A stretch of 64,000 nt of DNA from a bacterium (GCA_965213625.1 CBDBZU010000004.1:3616001-3680000), one strand, 5' to 3'; positions 1-10,663 are shown, counted from the stretch's first letter. Notes: generated from the letters alone by a model not told the origin. Made by a program: numbers and translations.

Positions 1-1
1 T

Positions 2-232
2 GTCGACCGCGGTGATGCCCATGTTCTGCTTGACTGCGCAGGAATGACATATGTCAGCAGCGCCGGGTTACGCATTTTTCTCACAGGCGCCAGAAAATGC
101 CAACAAAGCGGCGGTAAGTTGTTGATTTGCGCACTACAGCCCGATTGCAAGACAGTGATAGAAACCAGCGGTTTCCATACCGTAATTGATTGCCACGATA
201 CCCGTGAGGCTGCCCTCGCGGCGGCTTCATAA
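2..232 (+). CDS. STAS-domain anti-sigma factor antagonist (5' partial)
   Basis: Frame is open from base 2 (VDRGDAHVLLDCAGMTYVSSAGLR); the LDC..MTYVSSAGLR motif carries the phosphorylatable Ser of SpoIIAA/RsbV-type proteins. Confidence 0.85.
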   Translation, partial: VDRGDAHVLLDCAGMTYVSSAGLRIFLTGARKCQQSGGKLLICALQPDCKTVIETSGFHTVIDCHDTREAALAAAS

Positions 233-243
233 AGGAGCGCTCC

Positions 244-897
244 ATGCTGACATTTGTCGATGAAATCCTTTTGCTGATGCTGGATGACGAGAAAGGTTCG
301 TTCCTCCCCATTCGCGAAAGCACGATGGGATATGTGCTCGCGGGCGCGGTTCTCATGGATCTGGCATTTACAAACCGCATCGACACCGACCCCAGCCAGT
401 TGATGGTTCTGGACAAAACCCCTATTGGGCACTCAGCTCATGACCGGATTCTCGGAAATATAGCGGATTCCAACGAAACCAAAGATACCAAGGCTTGGAT
501 CGAAACGATTTCCCGAGAGGCCACTGAAATCCGAGAGGAATCCCTGTCCGGTTTGGTCGAAAACGGTATTCTAGAATCCCAGGAAGAAAAGTTCTTGTGG
601 GTTTTCCGGGCGCGGAGATACCCGATGATCGATGGTCGCGCCGAGCGTGAAGTGAAGCTGCGCATTACCGGCGTGTTACTTACAGATGAAACTCCGGACC
701 CCAAAGATGTCGCAATTATCTGCCTCGCTGATGCGTGCAATATACTGCGTGACGTATTTTCCGACAGGGAGATCAGCCGGATTCGGCCCCGTATCGATCA
801 GATACGCAAACTGGACCTCATCGGTCGTGAAGTCAGCGGAGCGATTCAGGAAATCGAACAAGCGATCATGGCGGCGATGACGCATGCCCACCACTAA
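244..897 (+). CDS. GOLPH3/VPS74 (GPP34) family protein
   Basis: MLTFVDEILLLMLDD, LAGAVLMDL..RI and L..GIL...KFLWVF..RRYP patterns; AAGGAG RBS. Confidence 0.8.
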   Translation: MLTFVDEILLLMLDDEKGSFLPIRESTMGYVLAGAVLMDLAFTNRIDTDPSQLMVLDKTPIGHSAHDRILGNIADSNETKDTKAWIETISREATEIREESLSGLVENGILESQEEKFLWVFRARRYPMIDGRAEREVKLRITGVLLTDETPDPKDVAIICLADACNILRDVFSDREISRIRPRIDQIRKLDLIGREVSGAIQEIEQAIMAAMTHAHH

Positions 898-1030
898 TCA
901 TCGGGACTTCTGACCAACACCTGATGTAAAGTGCGCTGAATCTGACATTCAATGCTGGTTGTTAAGGTAAATCTGTACCGCTTTGCCTTAACCACAGGCG
1001 TCATGACCTAACTCGTAAAATACCTTTTAC

Positions 1031-1498
1031 CTATATATTTCCGCTATCTCGCCTGCGCACCAAACTCACGGATCTCATCGAAAGCACCAATTCGTTTTCC
1101 TGGTTGAATGTCCTGAAATCCATGAGAACAATCCCGCGTCCTGGCTCCGAGCGGGACGCTCTTGTCTCGATGACTTCCGCCTCGACCCGCAAGGTATCTC
1201 CAGGACGAACGGGTTTTATCCAGCGAATGGAATCCATGCCAGGCGAACCCATGCCAGTAGTCCCGATAACGCCTGTATCGATAAACAGGCGAAACGAGGT
1301 TCCTATCGTATGGAACCCACTGGCTATGATGCCACCAAATGGAGAATCAGCTGCCGCTTTTTCATCAATATGGAACGGCTGCGGATCGTACAACTCGGCG
1401 AATTCTATAATTTCTTCGGTGGAGAGAGTTTTTTGTTTCGTGTGAAACTTCTCTCCAACATTGAAATCCTCAAAATATTTTTCTTTCATCACGGACAA
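1031..1498 (-). CDS. MaoC family (hot-dog fold) dehydratase
   Basis: YFEDF.VG, FA..YDPQPFHID, IASGFHT, RW.KPVRPGD. Confidence 0.9.
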   Translation of the reverse strand: MSVMKEKYFEDFNVGEKFHTKQKTLSTEEIIEFAELYDPQPFHIDEKAAADSPFGGIIASGFHTIGTSFRLFIDTGVIGTTGMGSPGMDSIRWIKPVRPGDTLRVEAEVIETRASRSEPGRGIVLMDFRTFNQENELVLSMRSVSLVRRRDSGNI

Positions 1499-1513
1499 CC
1501 TTAAAATCTCATG

Positions 1514-1918
1514 TTATGCAGAGCTCCCGGGATATTTCTTCTCTGCTTCCTCGGCCCCTTGCGCCATGTTGTAATCCTCATCGAGTTCCCCCGTTCCGGC
1601 CGGAAATTTCACGGTGAAGAAAGTGGCCTCGCCATCAATGGCCCTGCTCCTGTGGTTCGTATACCTGGGGATGTGAATCAAATCTCCACGCTCCACGATT
1701 TTGTCTTCCTCATCGAGTATATAGTGCAGCTTGCCATCCAGTATGAGCGTGAATTGCTCTTCGTTCGGATGCATGTGCAGTGGGGGACCCTCGCCCTCTG
1801 GCTTCGTGACGATGCCAACTTTCATGAATTCACCCACAACGCTTTTCGCCCTGACTTTGGGATTCGTTTTGCTGTTGCTCTCCTTCATTCCTTCAATTTC
1901 GTAAAAAGGCATGCGCAT
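1514..1918 (-). CDS. Cupin domain protein
   Basis: PLHMHPNEEQ...GDLIHIP..TNH cupin motifs. Confidence 0.85.
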   Translation of the reverse strand: MRMPFYEIEGMKESNSKTNPKVRAKSVVGEFMKVGIVTKPEGEGPPLHMHPNEEQFTLILDGKLHYILDEEDKIVERGDLIHIPRYTNHRSRAIDGEATFFTVKFPAGTGELDEDYNMAQGAEEAEKKYPGSSA

Positions 1919-1941
1919 TTATCTCCATTCGTTGGAAAAAT

Positions 1942-3063
1942 CTATAATTCTTCATACTCACTGATAGTCATCGGTAACGAGACAGACTCTTTTCTTTTCG
2001 CCGAAACGTCCATCGCCATGGTGAGCAGGAGGTTACTGTGTCCGTCTTGCACGGTAGCGTGCGGCGTGTCGAGCCCCGTGTACACCCGCCCGAACCATGC
2101 GTTGGTTTCTTCCCGCATCGGACCCCAGAGTTGGTCGAACACGACGTCTCCAGGCGGATAACTGGTCAGGAAATCCACGTTTCGCTTTACATCGGGCGTA
2201 TAACCCGCAGGTTGCGCATTTTCACTGGCAAGAACCAAATCTCTATGCGTGTCGTCGATAGTGAGAACACCCTCTGTCCCCACGATACCGATCTCCAGGC
2301 TATAGACGGAACCTGGCCAAACCGTCGGCAAGGCCCATGAGATATTCATGCTCCATATCGTGCCGTCATCAAAAGTAAAAATGCCCAAAGTCGCGTCTTT
2401 GGTTCCATAAGACGCGCCAAGGGCCTTATCCATTGAACGCGCATAGACTTCGACAGGCGTTTTCCCTTCCATCAACCACATGCAGACGTCGAGGCTGTGC
2501 GTCCCCGAGACAACCATCGGCGTGAGTATGCCTCGGTATTCCGTTTTTTCCACCGTGGCGATGGGCACCAGGCGATTCATGAAGGCTCTCGTAACGACCG
2601 TAGTCACATCACCCAACTGACCGGTGCGAATTTTTTCTTTGGCGACCAGAAACCTTCTTCTGAAACGTTGAGTATAACCGACAACCGCATCCAACCCTGC
2701 GTCTTCGATGGCCTTGAGGACCCGAGCTGAATCAGCCGCATTCGTTGCAAGTGGCTTCTCGATGAACATATCGTGGCCCCCATCCACGGAAGCCAATATG
2801 GGGCCGATATGCTCGTTCTCTTCGGTGGCGATAATCGAGGCCGTCACTTCCGGTCTGCCCAATAGCTCTTTGTAGTCCGTTGTGAAAAAATCGGCATTCG
2901 TATCATCGGCGAGTTTTCTCCCTACTTTCTCGTTGATGTCGCAAAGGCCCAGCCACTCGACGCCCGGATAATCACGGGCGAATTCAGCACGAACTCTTCC
3001 GATAGTCCCGCAACCGACGATCGCCAAACCGATGGGCTTTCTATTTCCATTTTCAGTGTTCAT
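1942..3063 (-). CDS. Gfo/Idh/MocA family oxidoreductase
   Basis: IVGCGTIG Rossmann motif, FIEKP, VGYTQRF. Confidence 0.9.
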   Translation of the reverse strand: MNTENGNRKPIGLAIVGCGTIGRVRAEFARDYPGVEWLGLCDINEKVGRKLADDTNADFFTTDYKELLGRPEVTASIIATEENEHIGPILASVDGGHDMFIEKPLATNAADSARVLKAIEDAGLDAVVGYTQRFRRRFLVAKEKIRTGQLGDVTTVVTRAFMNRLVPIATVEKTEYRGILTPMVVSGTHSLDVCMWLMEGKTPVEVYARSMDKALGASYGTKDATLGIFTFDDGTIWSMNISWALPTVWPGSVYSLEIGIVGTEGVLTIDDTHRDLVLASENAQPAGYTPDVKRNVDFLTSYPPGDVVFDQLWGPMREETNAWFGRVYTGLDTPHATVQDGHSNLLLTMAMDVSAKRKESVSLPMTISEYEEL

Positions 3064-3172
3064 TCACTACTCCCTGATAGGTACGATGAAATTTTCATTA
3101 AACGCGCTCTAGGATGACTTCCCTTTCAGCGGGAACACATAACAGGCACGCAAAATCGCCAAATTCTCAAAA

Positions 3173-3535
3173 CTAGTCTTTGATCTCCACGCGAATTGCT
3201 TCGAGAGGTTTGTCTCCATGATTCTCGACTGCGTGCAAACCCTCTCTGCCCAGCCAGAAAGGCACACCTTCTTTGCGATCTTCGCTGATGGCGCAAGGCT
3301 CGCCCTTTTCATTGTAGTAGGTGAGATTCGGAAAACTCATGATGGTGAACACGCTCTCCCATTTATGCGTGTGCTCTTTTTCCAGTTCACCAGGCTGAAT
3401 CGTCACCCGTAAAACGCGAACCCGTTCGTTTTCGAAAATAATATCGTGGTTATCGGGAGCCGCGACTACGGCATCCAACTCTTCAGGCGTTCCGGGAATG
3501 TATGGAGGCCTACTTCCTGTAGCATTTTCGCTCAT
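3173..3535 (-). CDS. Cupin-like small protein
   Basis: FENERVRV...PG....HTH...HAVEN.G...AIRVEIK; GGAGG RBS. Confidence 0.8.
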   Translation of the reverse strand: MSENATGSRPPYIPGTPEELDAVVAAPDNHDIIFENERVRVLRVTIQPGELEKEHTHKWESVFTIMSFPNLTYYNEKGEPCAISEDRKEGVPFWLGREGLHAVENHGDKPLEAIRVEIKD

Positions 3536-3570
3536 GTTTTAACCCTCCTATGAGATTACAAACACGTAAA

Positions 3571-4506
3571 TCACGTGAATAATGATTTCGGCAGCATGGC
3601 GTGAACTCCTTTCACGCCGTTTACGATTTGAGTAACCCTCAAGTCAACGGCGAGGCTGCAAAGCGTATATGCGTCATCCTTGCTCATGCCGCGCAACTCT
3701 CCCAGGAATTTTATCGTCTCCCGCAGCGCCATTTTGGCTGCGTTATCGAGAATAGGGTCAAATCCCATCAGGATATAATGGGTGTCTGTTTCCGCCCGGG
3801 GGTTTTCGAGGCGCAAATCCTTTCTAACGATAATTTCCATCGTTCCCGAGAGGCCCGTTTCAATGGCCGTCAGACAGGCTTCCCCGTCTCCCTGGCAGCC
3901 ATGCCCGTCGCCTACGGAAAACAATGCGCCATCGTTGAAAATCGGAAAATACGCTATGGAACCCGAGATGAGTTCCTTGTTGTCCAGATTCCCGCCCCAG
4001 GCGCTTGGGGGATAACTCCCCACACGGCCTACGGCAGGTGGAGGCGCAACGCCGAAGTTTCCGAAATACGGCCTGAGGGGCACCTTGACGCCCGCACCCC
4101 AGTCTCCCGTTTGCGCTTCCAAATCGAGGTCCACGATTACGGCGCGGGTATACGGAAAATCTTCTGGCAATCCGCCCATCATCGGCCTGATAGTGTTATA
4201 TCCCCAGTCATACCGCGTCTTGACTTCATGGATGCGGACTTCGAGCACGTCCCCGGGTTGCGCGTCTTCGATGGCGACGGGACCCGTCATGATATGGGGG
4301 CCAAGCTCTTGGGGAATTTGCGCAATGATGTCCCTCAAATTCTGGGACGCACGGTCCCCGAGTTCCGCCAGATATTCCTCACGGCCCGATTCTGTATGAA
4401 CCTCCAGCGTATCGCCCGAGCGAATGTTCATCACAGGCTCCAGAGAGGCGTCATAATAGCCCCAATGGATAGTGTCCGGGTTCGCAATCAATTCATGAGT
4501 CGCCAT
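3571..4506 (-). CDS. Acetamidase/formamidase family protein (paralog 3)
   Basis: HIMTGPV, GGNLDNKE, GDGHGCQGDGE, AYTLCSLAVD; ATG overlaps the upstream stop (TGATG). Confidence 0.92.
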   Translation of the reverse strand: MATHELIANPDTIHWGYYDASLEPVMNIRSGDTLEVHTESGREEYLAELGDRASQNLRDIIAQIPQELGPHIMTGPVAIEDAQPGDVLEVRIHEVKTRYDWGYNTIRPMMGGLPEDFPYTRAVIVDLDLEAQTGDWGAGVKVPLRPYFGNFGVAPPPAVGRVGSYPPSAWGGNLDNKELISGSIAYFPIFNDGALFSVGDGHGCQGDGEACLTAIETGLSGTMEIIVRKDLRLENPRAETDTHYILMGFDPILDNAAKMALRETIKFLGELRGMSKDDAYTLCSLAVDLRVTQIVNGVKGVHAMLPKSLFT

Positions 4507-5453
4507 CAACACACTCCTTCGTCAAGAATACTCTTCGGCAATATCGCATGAACGCCTTTTACCCCGTTCACAATCTGCGTGACGCGCAGATCCACCGCCA
4601 GGCTGCATAGCGTATAGGCATCATCTTTGCTCATGCCGCGCAATTCCCCTAAAAACCGAATCGTTTCTCTTAACGCCATTTTGGCTGCATTATCGAGAAT
4701 GGGATCGAACCCCATGAGGATATAGTGCGTGGGCGTCTCCGCGCGGGGCATTTTCAGACTCAAATCCTTTCGGACGATGAGCTCGACCCTTGCAGACATG
4801 CCGCACTCCAGGGCCGAGAGACAACTCTCCCCGTCTCCTTGGCAGCCGTGCCCATCGCCAATGGCGAACAAAGCGCCATCCTGGAATACGGGAAGATAAA
4901 CGCGAGAGCCGGCGATGAATTCCTTGTTGTCCATGTTTCCGCCCCAGATTCCCGGCGGAGTAGACGGAACACGGCCAAAATCGCTGGGTGGTGCCACACC
5001 GAAATTCCCGAAATAGGGCCTCAAAGGCACCTTCACGCCTGCTCCCCAATCTCCCGTATACGCTTCTTTGTCGATTTCCACGATTACTGTTCTTGAATAC
5101 GGGAAATCCTCAGGCAAGCCACCCGCCAGGGGCCGGATGACGTTGAAACCCCAATTGTAGCGCGGCCAGATATCCAAAAAATGCACTTCCAGGATGTCTC
5201 CCGCCACAGCTCCTTCCAACGCGATGGGACCAGTGAGGATATGGCCTCCCAGGTCTCTCTTTCCTCGATCGGCGATGTCTCGCAAGCTTTGAGACGCTCT
5301 TTCCCGAATCGGAGATTCAAGAGTTCGTATCCCCGGTTCGGAGTGAATTTCAATCACATCACCCGAGGCAATGGTGAGAACCGGGGAAAGACCGGCATCA
5401 TAATAACCCCACTGGATGTTGTCGGGGTTTTGCGTGATCACATGATCGGCCAA
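4506..5453 (-). CDS. Acetamidase/formamidase family protein (paralog 2)
   Basis: HILTGPI, GGNMDNKE, GDGHGCQGDGE; TTG start at 5453 after AAGGGG chosen by alignment with the paralogs. Confidence 0.92.
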   Translation of the reverse strand: MADHVITQNPDNIQWGYYDAGLSPVLTIASGDVIEIHSEPGIRTLESPIRERASQSLRDIADRGKRDLGGHILTGPIALEGAVAGDILEVHFLDIWPRYNWGFNVIRPLAGGLPEDFPYSRTVIVEIDKEAYTGDWGAGVKVPLRPYFGNFGVAPPSDFGRVPSTPPGIWGGNMDNKEFIAGSRVYLPVFQDGALFAIGDGHGCQGDGESCLSALECGMSARVELIVRKDLSLKMPRAETPTHYILMGFDPILDNAAKMALRETIRFLGELRGMSKDDAYTLCSLAVDLRVTQIVNGVKGVHAILPKSILDEGVC

Positions 5454-5478
5454 GTATGGCCCCTTATAAATACGAAAC

Positions 5479-6414
5479 TCATTCGAACAAAGATTTGGGC
5501 ACCATAGCGTGAACACCCTTGGTGCCGTTCACGATTTGGGTAACGCGCAGGTCTACCGCCAGGCTGCACAACCTGTACGCATCATCAGGGCTCATACCGC
5601 GAAGCTCACCAAGGAACTGAATCGTCTCCCGCAAGGCCATCTTGGCCGCGTTATCTAAAATCGGGTCAAACCCCATCAAAATGTAGTGCGATTCCGTCTC
5701 CGCGCGTGGGGTCTTGATATTCATGTCCTTGCGGACGTTCATCTCGAAAGTGCCAATGAGGCCCATCTCGATTCCGTTGATGTTCGCTTCGCCATCCCCC
5801 TGGCAACCATGCCCATCACCTACTGAGAACAAGGCTCCTTCGTTGAAAACCGGCAAGTAGATGGTCGATCCGGCCGTGAATTCTTTGCAATCCGTATTAC
5901 CGCCCCACTCTCCTGGAGGAGACGACGGTACACGCTCAAGCTCCTGTGCGGGCGCTATTCCAAAGTTTCCGAAAAAAGGTCCAAGCGGCACCTTGACTCC
6001 CGCGCCCCAGTCACCCGTTCCGCTTTCCTCGTCAATCTCGACAAGTACGACTCTCGTGTAGGGGAAATCCTCCGGCAGACCACCCACCAAGGGCCTGAAG
6101 CCGTTATAACCCCAGTCATAGCGGGGTTTGACCTCTTGAACCTTGATCTCCAGCACATCGCCGGGTTCGGCGCCCTCGATGGCCACCGGACCCGTCATGA
6201 TGTGCGCCCCGGGCCCCTGCTCCATCGTCTCCAGGATCCGCCTCAGATTTCCCGAAATTCTCTCGGGATGTTTTTTCAGAAAATCCTTGCGTCCAGATTC
6301 GGTTTTCACTACGAGCGTATCGCCGGAAGCAATCGTCAAGACGGGAGCAAGGGCGGCATCATAAAAACCCCAATGGCAGGTATCGACGGTGGTATCCAGT
6401 TCATGCGTGGCCAC
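5479..6414 (-). CDS. Acetamidase/formamidase family protein (paralog 1)
   Basis: HIMTGPV, GGNTDCKE, GDGHGCQGDGE; GTG start at 6414 or 6420 after AGGGAGG. Confidence 0.92.
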   Translation of the reverse strand: MATHELDTTVDTCHWGFYDAALAPVLTIASGDTLVVKTESGRKDFLKKHPERISGNLRRILETMEQGPGAHIMTGPVAIEGAEPGDVLEIKVQEVKPRYDWGYNGFRPLVGGLPEDFPYTRVVLVEIDEESGTGDWGAGVKVPLGPFFGNFGIAPAQELERVPSSPPGEWGGNTDCKEFTAGSTIYLPVFNEGALFSVGDGHGCQGDGEANINGIEMGLIGTFEMNVRKDMNIKTPRAETESHYILMGFDPILDNAAKMALRETIQFLGELRGMSPDDAYRLCSLAVDLRVTQIVNGTKGVHAMVPKSLFE

Positions 6415-6581
6415 AAGCACCCCTCCCTTTTATTCACAGTGAAACAAAAAATATCCTGGAAGGATATCGTCAGGCGTCCATTGAATCCCCGGGCAATTAT
6501 CATCCGGTTATATGTTCTGGATTCGCCGTCGACTCTATCATCCAGGGACTGGAAGATCAAAAATCCACTTGTTGTATTTAT

Positions 6582-7355
6582 TCAAGCAAGAACTGCGTTC
6601 ACGAGCGCAGGCAACACATTGCCTGTTTTTCCTTGAATCCGTATGTCCGCTTTGGCGTCGAAGCGTGTAGGGCCTTCGTTCACGATGATGAGGCGCGCCC
6701 CTGCTTTTCTGGCGCGCTCGGGCAAGCCGCCTGCCGGTCTGACCGACAATGAAGAGCCGGCAACCAGGAAAACCTCTGCCTCTTTCGATGCCTCTACCGC
6801 CCGGGACAATTTTTCCGGAGGCAATCCCTCACCGAAGAAAACCGCATCCGGTTTCAATAAGCACCCACAATCCCCACATTTTGGTATCGCTTCGCCGCGC
6901 TTAACACGCGCGTGCACTTCGGAGCGAGGCAATTTCGCTCCACACCCCACACAAACACATACATGACTCGTTCCGTGCAATTCCACGATCTTTTCCGGAT
7001 CATGACCCGCTTTCTGGTGAAGCCCATCTGTATTTTGCGTCACGAGCAATTTCAGGCGACCGTGCCGGGACAACCTCGCCAAGGCGAAATGTCCACTCGA
7101 TGGAGGGGCATTTTGGACCAGGTTGTATCCTTCTCGCGCAACGTCCCAGTAGCGCGTTTGAATGTCCTCAGAAGCGAGCCACCGACGAATTTCGAAATCT
7201 TTCGGTTCGAATCGATCCCAGATGCCACCTTTGGACCTGAAATCGGGAATACCGCTTTCAGTGCTAATGCCGGCGCCGGTAAGGCACACGGTAGAATGGG
7301 ATTCCACAACCCATGCCGCCGCTTGCTCGATGAGTTTTTCCTGGATATCAACCAA
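6582..7355 (-). CDS. cobB: NAD-dependent protein deacylase (Sir2/CobB family)
   Basis: TGAGISTESGIPDFRS, TQNTDGLHQKAG, ELHG, two CxxC zinc motifs, GSSL; start approximate. Confidence 0.9.
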   Translation of the reverse strand: MVDIQEKLIEQAAAWVVESHSTVCLTGAGISTESGIPDFRSKGGIWDRFEPKDFEIRRWLASEDIQTRYWDVAREGYNLVQNAPPSSGHFALARLSRHGRLKLLVTQNTDGLHQKAGHDPEKIVELHGTSHVCVCVGCGAKLPRSEVHARVKRGEAIPKCGDCGCLLKPDAVFFGEGLPPEKLSRAVEASKEAEVFLVAGSSLSVRPAGGLPERARKAGARLIIVNEGPTRFDAKADIRIQGKTGNVLPALVNAVLA

Positions 7356-7490
7356 TCTTATTCCTCGGGTTGAAAATAAATAATAGCAATAACAACAATG
7401 AGATGTGAAATTCAGCCGCCAATTGATGTATGGTACGCAAGAATAGAGCATGTGCAAACAAGAAGTGATGAAATCGTGGGGATAAGAAAA

Positions 7491-8759
7491 TTGTCTGACG
7501 CGAAAAAGCACTTGTTCAGATTAACAACACTCTTCACTCTTCTCGCGCTGGGGATAAGCTTGTCCGGCTGTGCCGATTCCCTTCACCCCAAGGTGAATGA
7601 AAGTTCCGTTAAAATCCTGAAAAACGCCATTGAAGTGGAATTTACCCAACTGACCGGCGAATTTGACCAACTCGATCAAAAAGGCGATCTGGGACTTTGC
7701 GCTCCCCTGCTCTTCGGCGTAGCGCGTTATGCCGTTTATCAGGCGGTAGAGGAGAAACGAACCGCCACTATGGCGCAACTGACCCGATTCATTATGAGAG
7801 CGCGATCGGCAATCATGCACGCAGAAGAGAAAATGCTAAAAAAACAATGTGTCGATACGGATGGGGATGGACTCACCGACCTTACGGAATACCGTAAACA
7901 TAAGACGAAACCTGATAATTCCGACACTGATGGAGATAAGATCTCCGATGCCGAGGAAATTCGTCGGTACCGGACCAACCCGCTCAAAGCGGATACGGAC
8001 GGAGACCTGCTCGACGATGGGGACGAGATATCACGCGGCTTGAGCCCGCTACTCGCCGATAGTGATGGAGACGGATTCATCGACGGCCTAGAAATTGCTC
8101 ATGGTTCGAACGCGCGCGATGCGTGTTCTCAGCCCCTGGATGCGCAAAATCTCGACAGTCTGCGCGAATGCAAACCGAAACAGAATCACGCCAAACCGGT
8201 TCAAGTTCAAATACAGAAAAAGCGAACTCCGGCGTCCACGCCAAAGAAAAAACAATTCCCGAGGGAAAAAAGAAGACACGAGGCCGAAAAGCCGAAAACG
8301 AAACCCTCTCTCAAGCCGCAAGAAAAACGAACCAGAATCATCGAAAAAGCCAATATCGAGAAGAAAAAATCGAAACCGGCGCTATACCACAACGGTTCGC
8401 AACCTGCGCAAAAAGCCCAGGCGATTCGAACCCGCCAGGCCAGCGTGGCCACTCCTGCAGACAAAGAGTCTCAAAATGAGATCACAAATGCGAAAAGAAA
8501 TCATCTCCCCGTGAAAACGCAAAACACAAATCAACACATCGTGAAGAAAGTGAATGCCGAGGGAGCACAAACAAAATCAAGCCCCGAAGATTCGCCCATT
8601 CAAGCGCCAGTCGCGGTTTATCTCATGGAAAACCCTGCAAAAACAGAAAATCCAGCTACGGCTCGGCGGATACCCGAACCTCCTGTGCCAGCAAAGAAAA
8701 AAAGTTCTCCATCTGCCTCTGAGAACTTCCCCTCCGCGATATTCTTGAGGTTGTGGTAG
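7491..8759 (+). CDS. Putative lipoprotein with Ca-binding DxDGDG (TSP3-like) repeats and a Lys/Pro-rich tail
   Basis: Lipobox LSGC after a hydrophobic stretch; DTDGDGLTD, DTDGDKISD, DTDGDLLDD, DSDGDGFID; start approximate. Confidence 0.7.
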   Translation: MSDAKKHLFRLTTLFTLLALGISLSGCADSLHPKVNESSVKILKNAIEVEFTQLTGEFDQLDQKGDLGLCAPLLFGVARYAVYQAVEEKRTATMAQLTRFIMRARSAIMHAEEKMLKKQCVDTDGDGLTDLTEYRKHKTKPDNSDTDGDKISDAEEIRRYRTNPLKADTDGDLLDDGDEISRGLSPLLADSDGDGFIDGLEIAHGSNARDACSQPLDAQNLDSLRECKPKQNHAKPVQVQIQKKRTPASTPKKKQFPREKRRHEAEKPKTKPSLKPQEKRTRIIEKANIEKKKSKPALYHNGSQPAQKAQAIRTRQASVATPADKESQNEITNAKRNHLPVKTQNTNQHIVKKVNAEGAQTKSSPEDSPIQAPVAVYLMENPAKTENPATARRIPEPPVPAKKKSSPSASENFPSAIFLRLW

Positions 8760-8907
8760 AGTCAATCCCGATGTCTCTGGTAAATAGATACGCTTTAATC
8801 TTTGCGGCCATAAGTTGTGGATGCTTCCGCGCCGAACACTGAAAATATTGCACCGCGAACAGTATCGTTTTCATCAGTTGGAGAAGAAGAGAATAGGAGA
8901 AAAGAAC

Positions 8908-10599
8908 ATGACGGAGCAGAAAACAGCCCTGAACCGATTTAGCCGGCGCATCACCCAGCCACCCTCACAGGCCGCCTCACAGGCCATGCTCTACGGTGCG
9001 GGTCTGGATGAAATCGACATGAAAAACCCCCAGATCGGTATTGCCAGCATGTGGTGGGAAGGAAACTCCTGCAATTTCCACCTCAATCGGCTCGCCGAAT
9101 ACATCAAGCAAAGCGTGAATGCCGAGAAAAAAATGGTCGGACTCATTTTCAATACGATCGGTGTGAGCGACGGAATCTCAATGGGCACGGAGGGTATGAA
9201 ATACTCTTTGCAGTCTCGAGATCTCATTGCCGATTCGATCGAGACCGTCGTCGGCGCGCAATGGTACGACGCTCTGGTCACGCTGCCCGGATGCGACAAG
9301 AATATGCCAGGCTCCATCATGGCCATGGCGCGGCTCAACCGTCCCAGCCTGATGGTTTATGGCGGCACCATCAGCCCGGGGTTTCTGAATGGGGACAAGC
9401 TGGACGTGGTCTCCGCCTTTCAGGCCTACGGCGAATATTTCTCGGAAAAAATCGACGAAGAACGTTTTCAGGACGTCATCCGGCATGCCTGCCCGAGCGG
9501 CGGGGCCTGTGGGGGCATGTACACGGCGAACACGATGTCCTCATCCATTGAAACGCTGGGTATGAGCCTGCCCTACAGTTCGTCGAATCCTGCTATGAGC
9601 GAAGACAAGAAAAACGAGTGTCTCGACGTGGGAAAAGCCGTTTATCATCTGCTGGAAAACGACATCAAGCCCAGCGACATCATGACGAGAGAAGCGTTCG
9701 AGAACGCGATTACTATCATCATGGCGCTCGGCGGCTCGACGAACGCCGTTCTCCATTACATTGCCATCGCCAAGGCTGTCGGAGTCGAATTCACGATCGA
9801 CGATTTCCAGGAAATCAGTGACAGAACGCCTTATGTCGCGGATTTAAAACCCAGCGGGAAATTCGTTATGGAAGACCTACACGACGTCGGCGGCGTGCCG
9901 GCCGTCCAAAAACTTCTCTTAAAAGAAGGCCTGCTTCACGGTGATTGTCTTACCGTGACGGGCAAGACGCTCGGCGAGAACATTGAAGCCTTGCCCGACC
10001 TTCATTCCGGCCAGAAGATCATTGTGCCGCTTTCCTCCCCAATCAAGAAATCCGGGCACCTCCAGATTCTCTACGGGAACCTCGCGAGTGAGGGCGCCGT
10101 CGCCAAGATTACGGGTAAAGAAGGCGAGCGCTACGAGGGCCCTGCGCGCTGCTTCGATTCCGAGGAAGACGCTCTCAAAGGATTGGAAGAAAACAGAATT
10201 GAAAAGGGAGACGTCGTCATCATTCGCTACGAAGGACCCAAAGGCGGCCCCGGAATGCGGGAGATGCTGACGGTTACGTCCGCAATCATGGGGGCCGGCC
10301 TCGGGAACGACCTCGCCCTCATCACGGACGGAAGATTCTCAGGCGGCACGCATGGGTTCGTCGTCGGACACGTCACACCCGAAGCCCAAACCGGTGGTCT
10401 GCTCGCTCTTGTTGAAGACGACGACATTGTTTTGATTGATGCCCAAAACCGCATCATGGAACTCAAGGTGCCCGGGGAAGAAATAGAGCGGCGACGGCAG
10501 AACTGGAATGCACCCCCGATAAAATTCACGAAAGGTACACTCTACAAGTACGCCAAGTGCGTATCTTCCGCATCAGAAGGATGCGTGACGGACGAATAG
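8908..10599 (+). CDS. ilvD: Dihydroxy-acid dehydratase
   Basis: [61 protein letters not shown]; AGGAG RBS. Confidence 0.96.
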   Translation: MTEQKTALNRFSRRITQPPSQAASQAMLYGAGLDEIDMKNPQIGIASMWWEGNSCNFHLNRLAEYIKQSVNAEKKMVGLIFNTIGVSDGISMGTEGMKYSLQSRDLIADSIETVVGAQWYDALVTLPGCDKNMPGSIMAMARLNRPSLMVYGGTISPGFLNGDKLDVVSAFQAYGEYFSEKIDEERFQDVIRHACPSGGACGGMYTANTMSSSIETLGMSLPYSSSNPAMSEDKKNECLDVGKAVYHLLENDIKPSDIMTREAFENAITIIMALGGSTNAVLHYIAIAKAVGVEFTIDDFQEISDRTPYVADLKPSGKFVMEDLHDVGGVPAVQKLLLKEGLLHGDCLTVTGKTLGENIEALPDLHSGQKIIVPLSSPIKKSGHLQILYGNLASEGAVAKITGKEGERYEGPARCFDSEEDALKGLEENRIEKGDVVIIRYEGPKGGPGMREMLTVTSAIMGAGLGNDLALITDGRFSGGTHGFVVGHVTPEAQTGGLLALVEDDDIVLIDAQNRIMELKVPGEEIERRRQNWNAPPIKFTKGTLYKYAKCVSSASEGCVTDE

Positions 10600-10606
10600 G
10601 CACTGC

Positions 10607-10650
10607 CCATACAAAAAGAGGGGAGCAAATACTCCCCTCTTTTTGTATGG
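10607..10650. terminator. Bidirectional intrinsic terminator
   Basis: Perfect 19-bp inverted repeat CCATACAAAAAGAGGGGAG-CAAATA-CTCCCCTCTTTTTGTATGG between convergent genes. Confidence 0.85.
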
Positions 10651-10663
10651 CTACTATACTTTT

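Noticed and set aside
6582-7355. Sir2 as an anti-phage defence effector
   Set aside because: It has canonical CobB deacylase motifs with a zinc ribbon and no defence partners.
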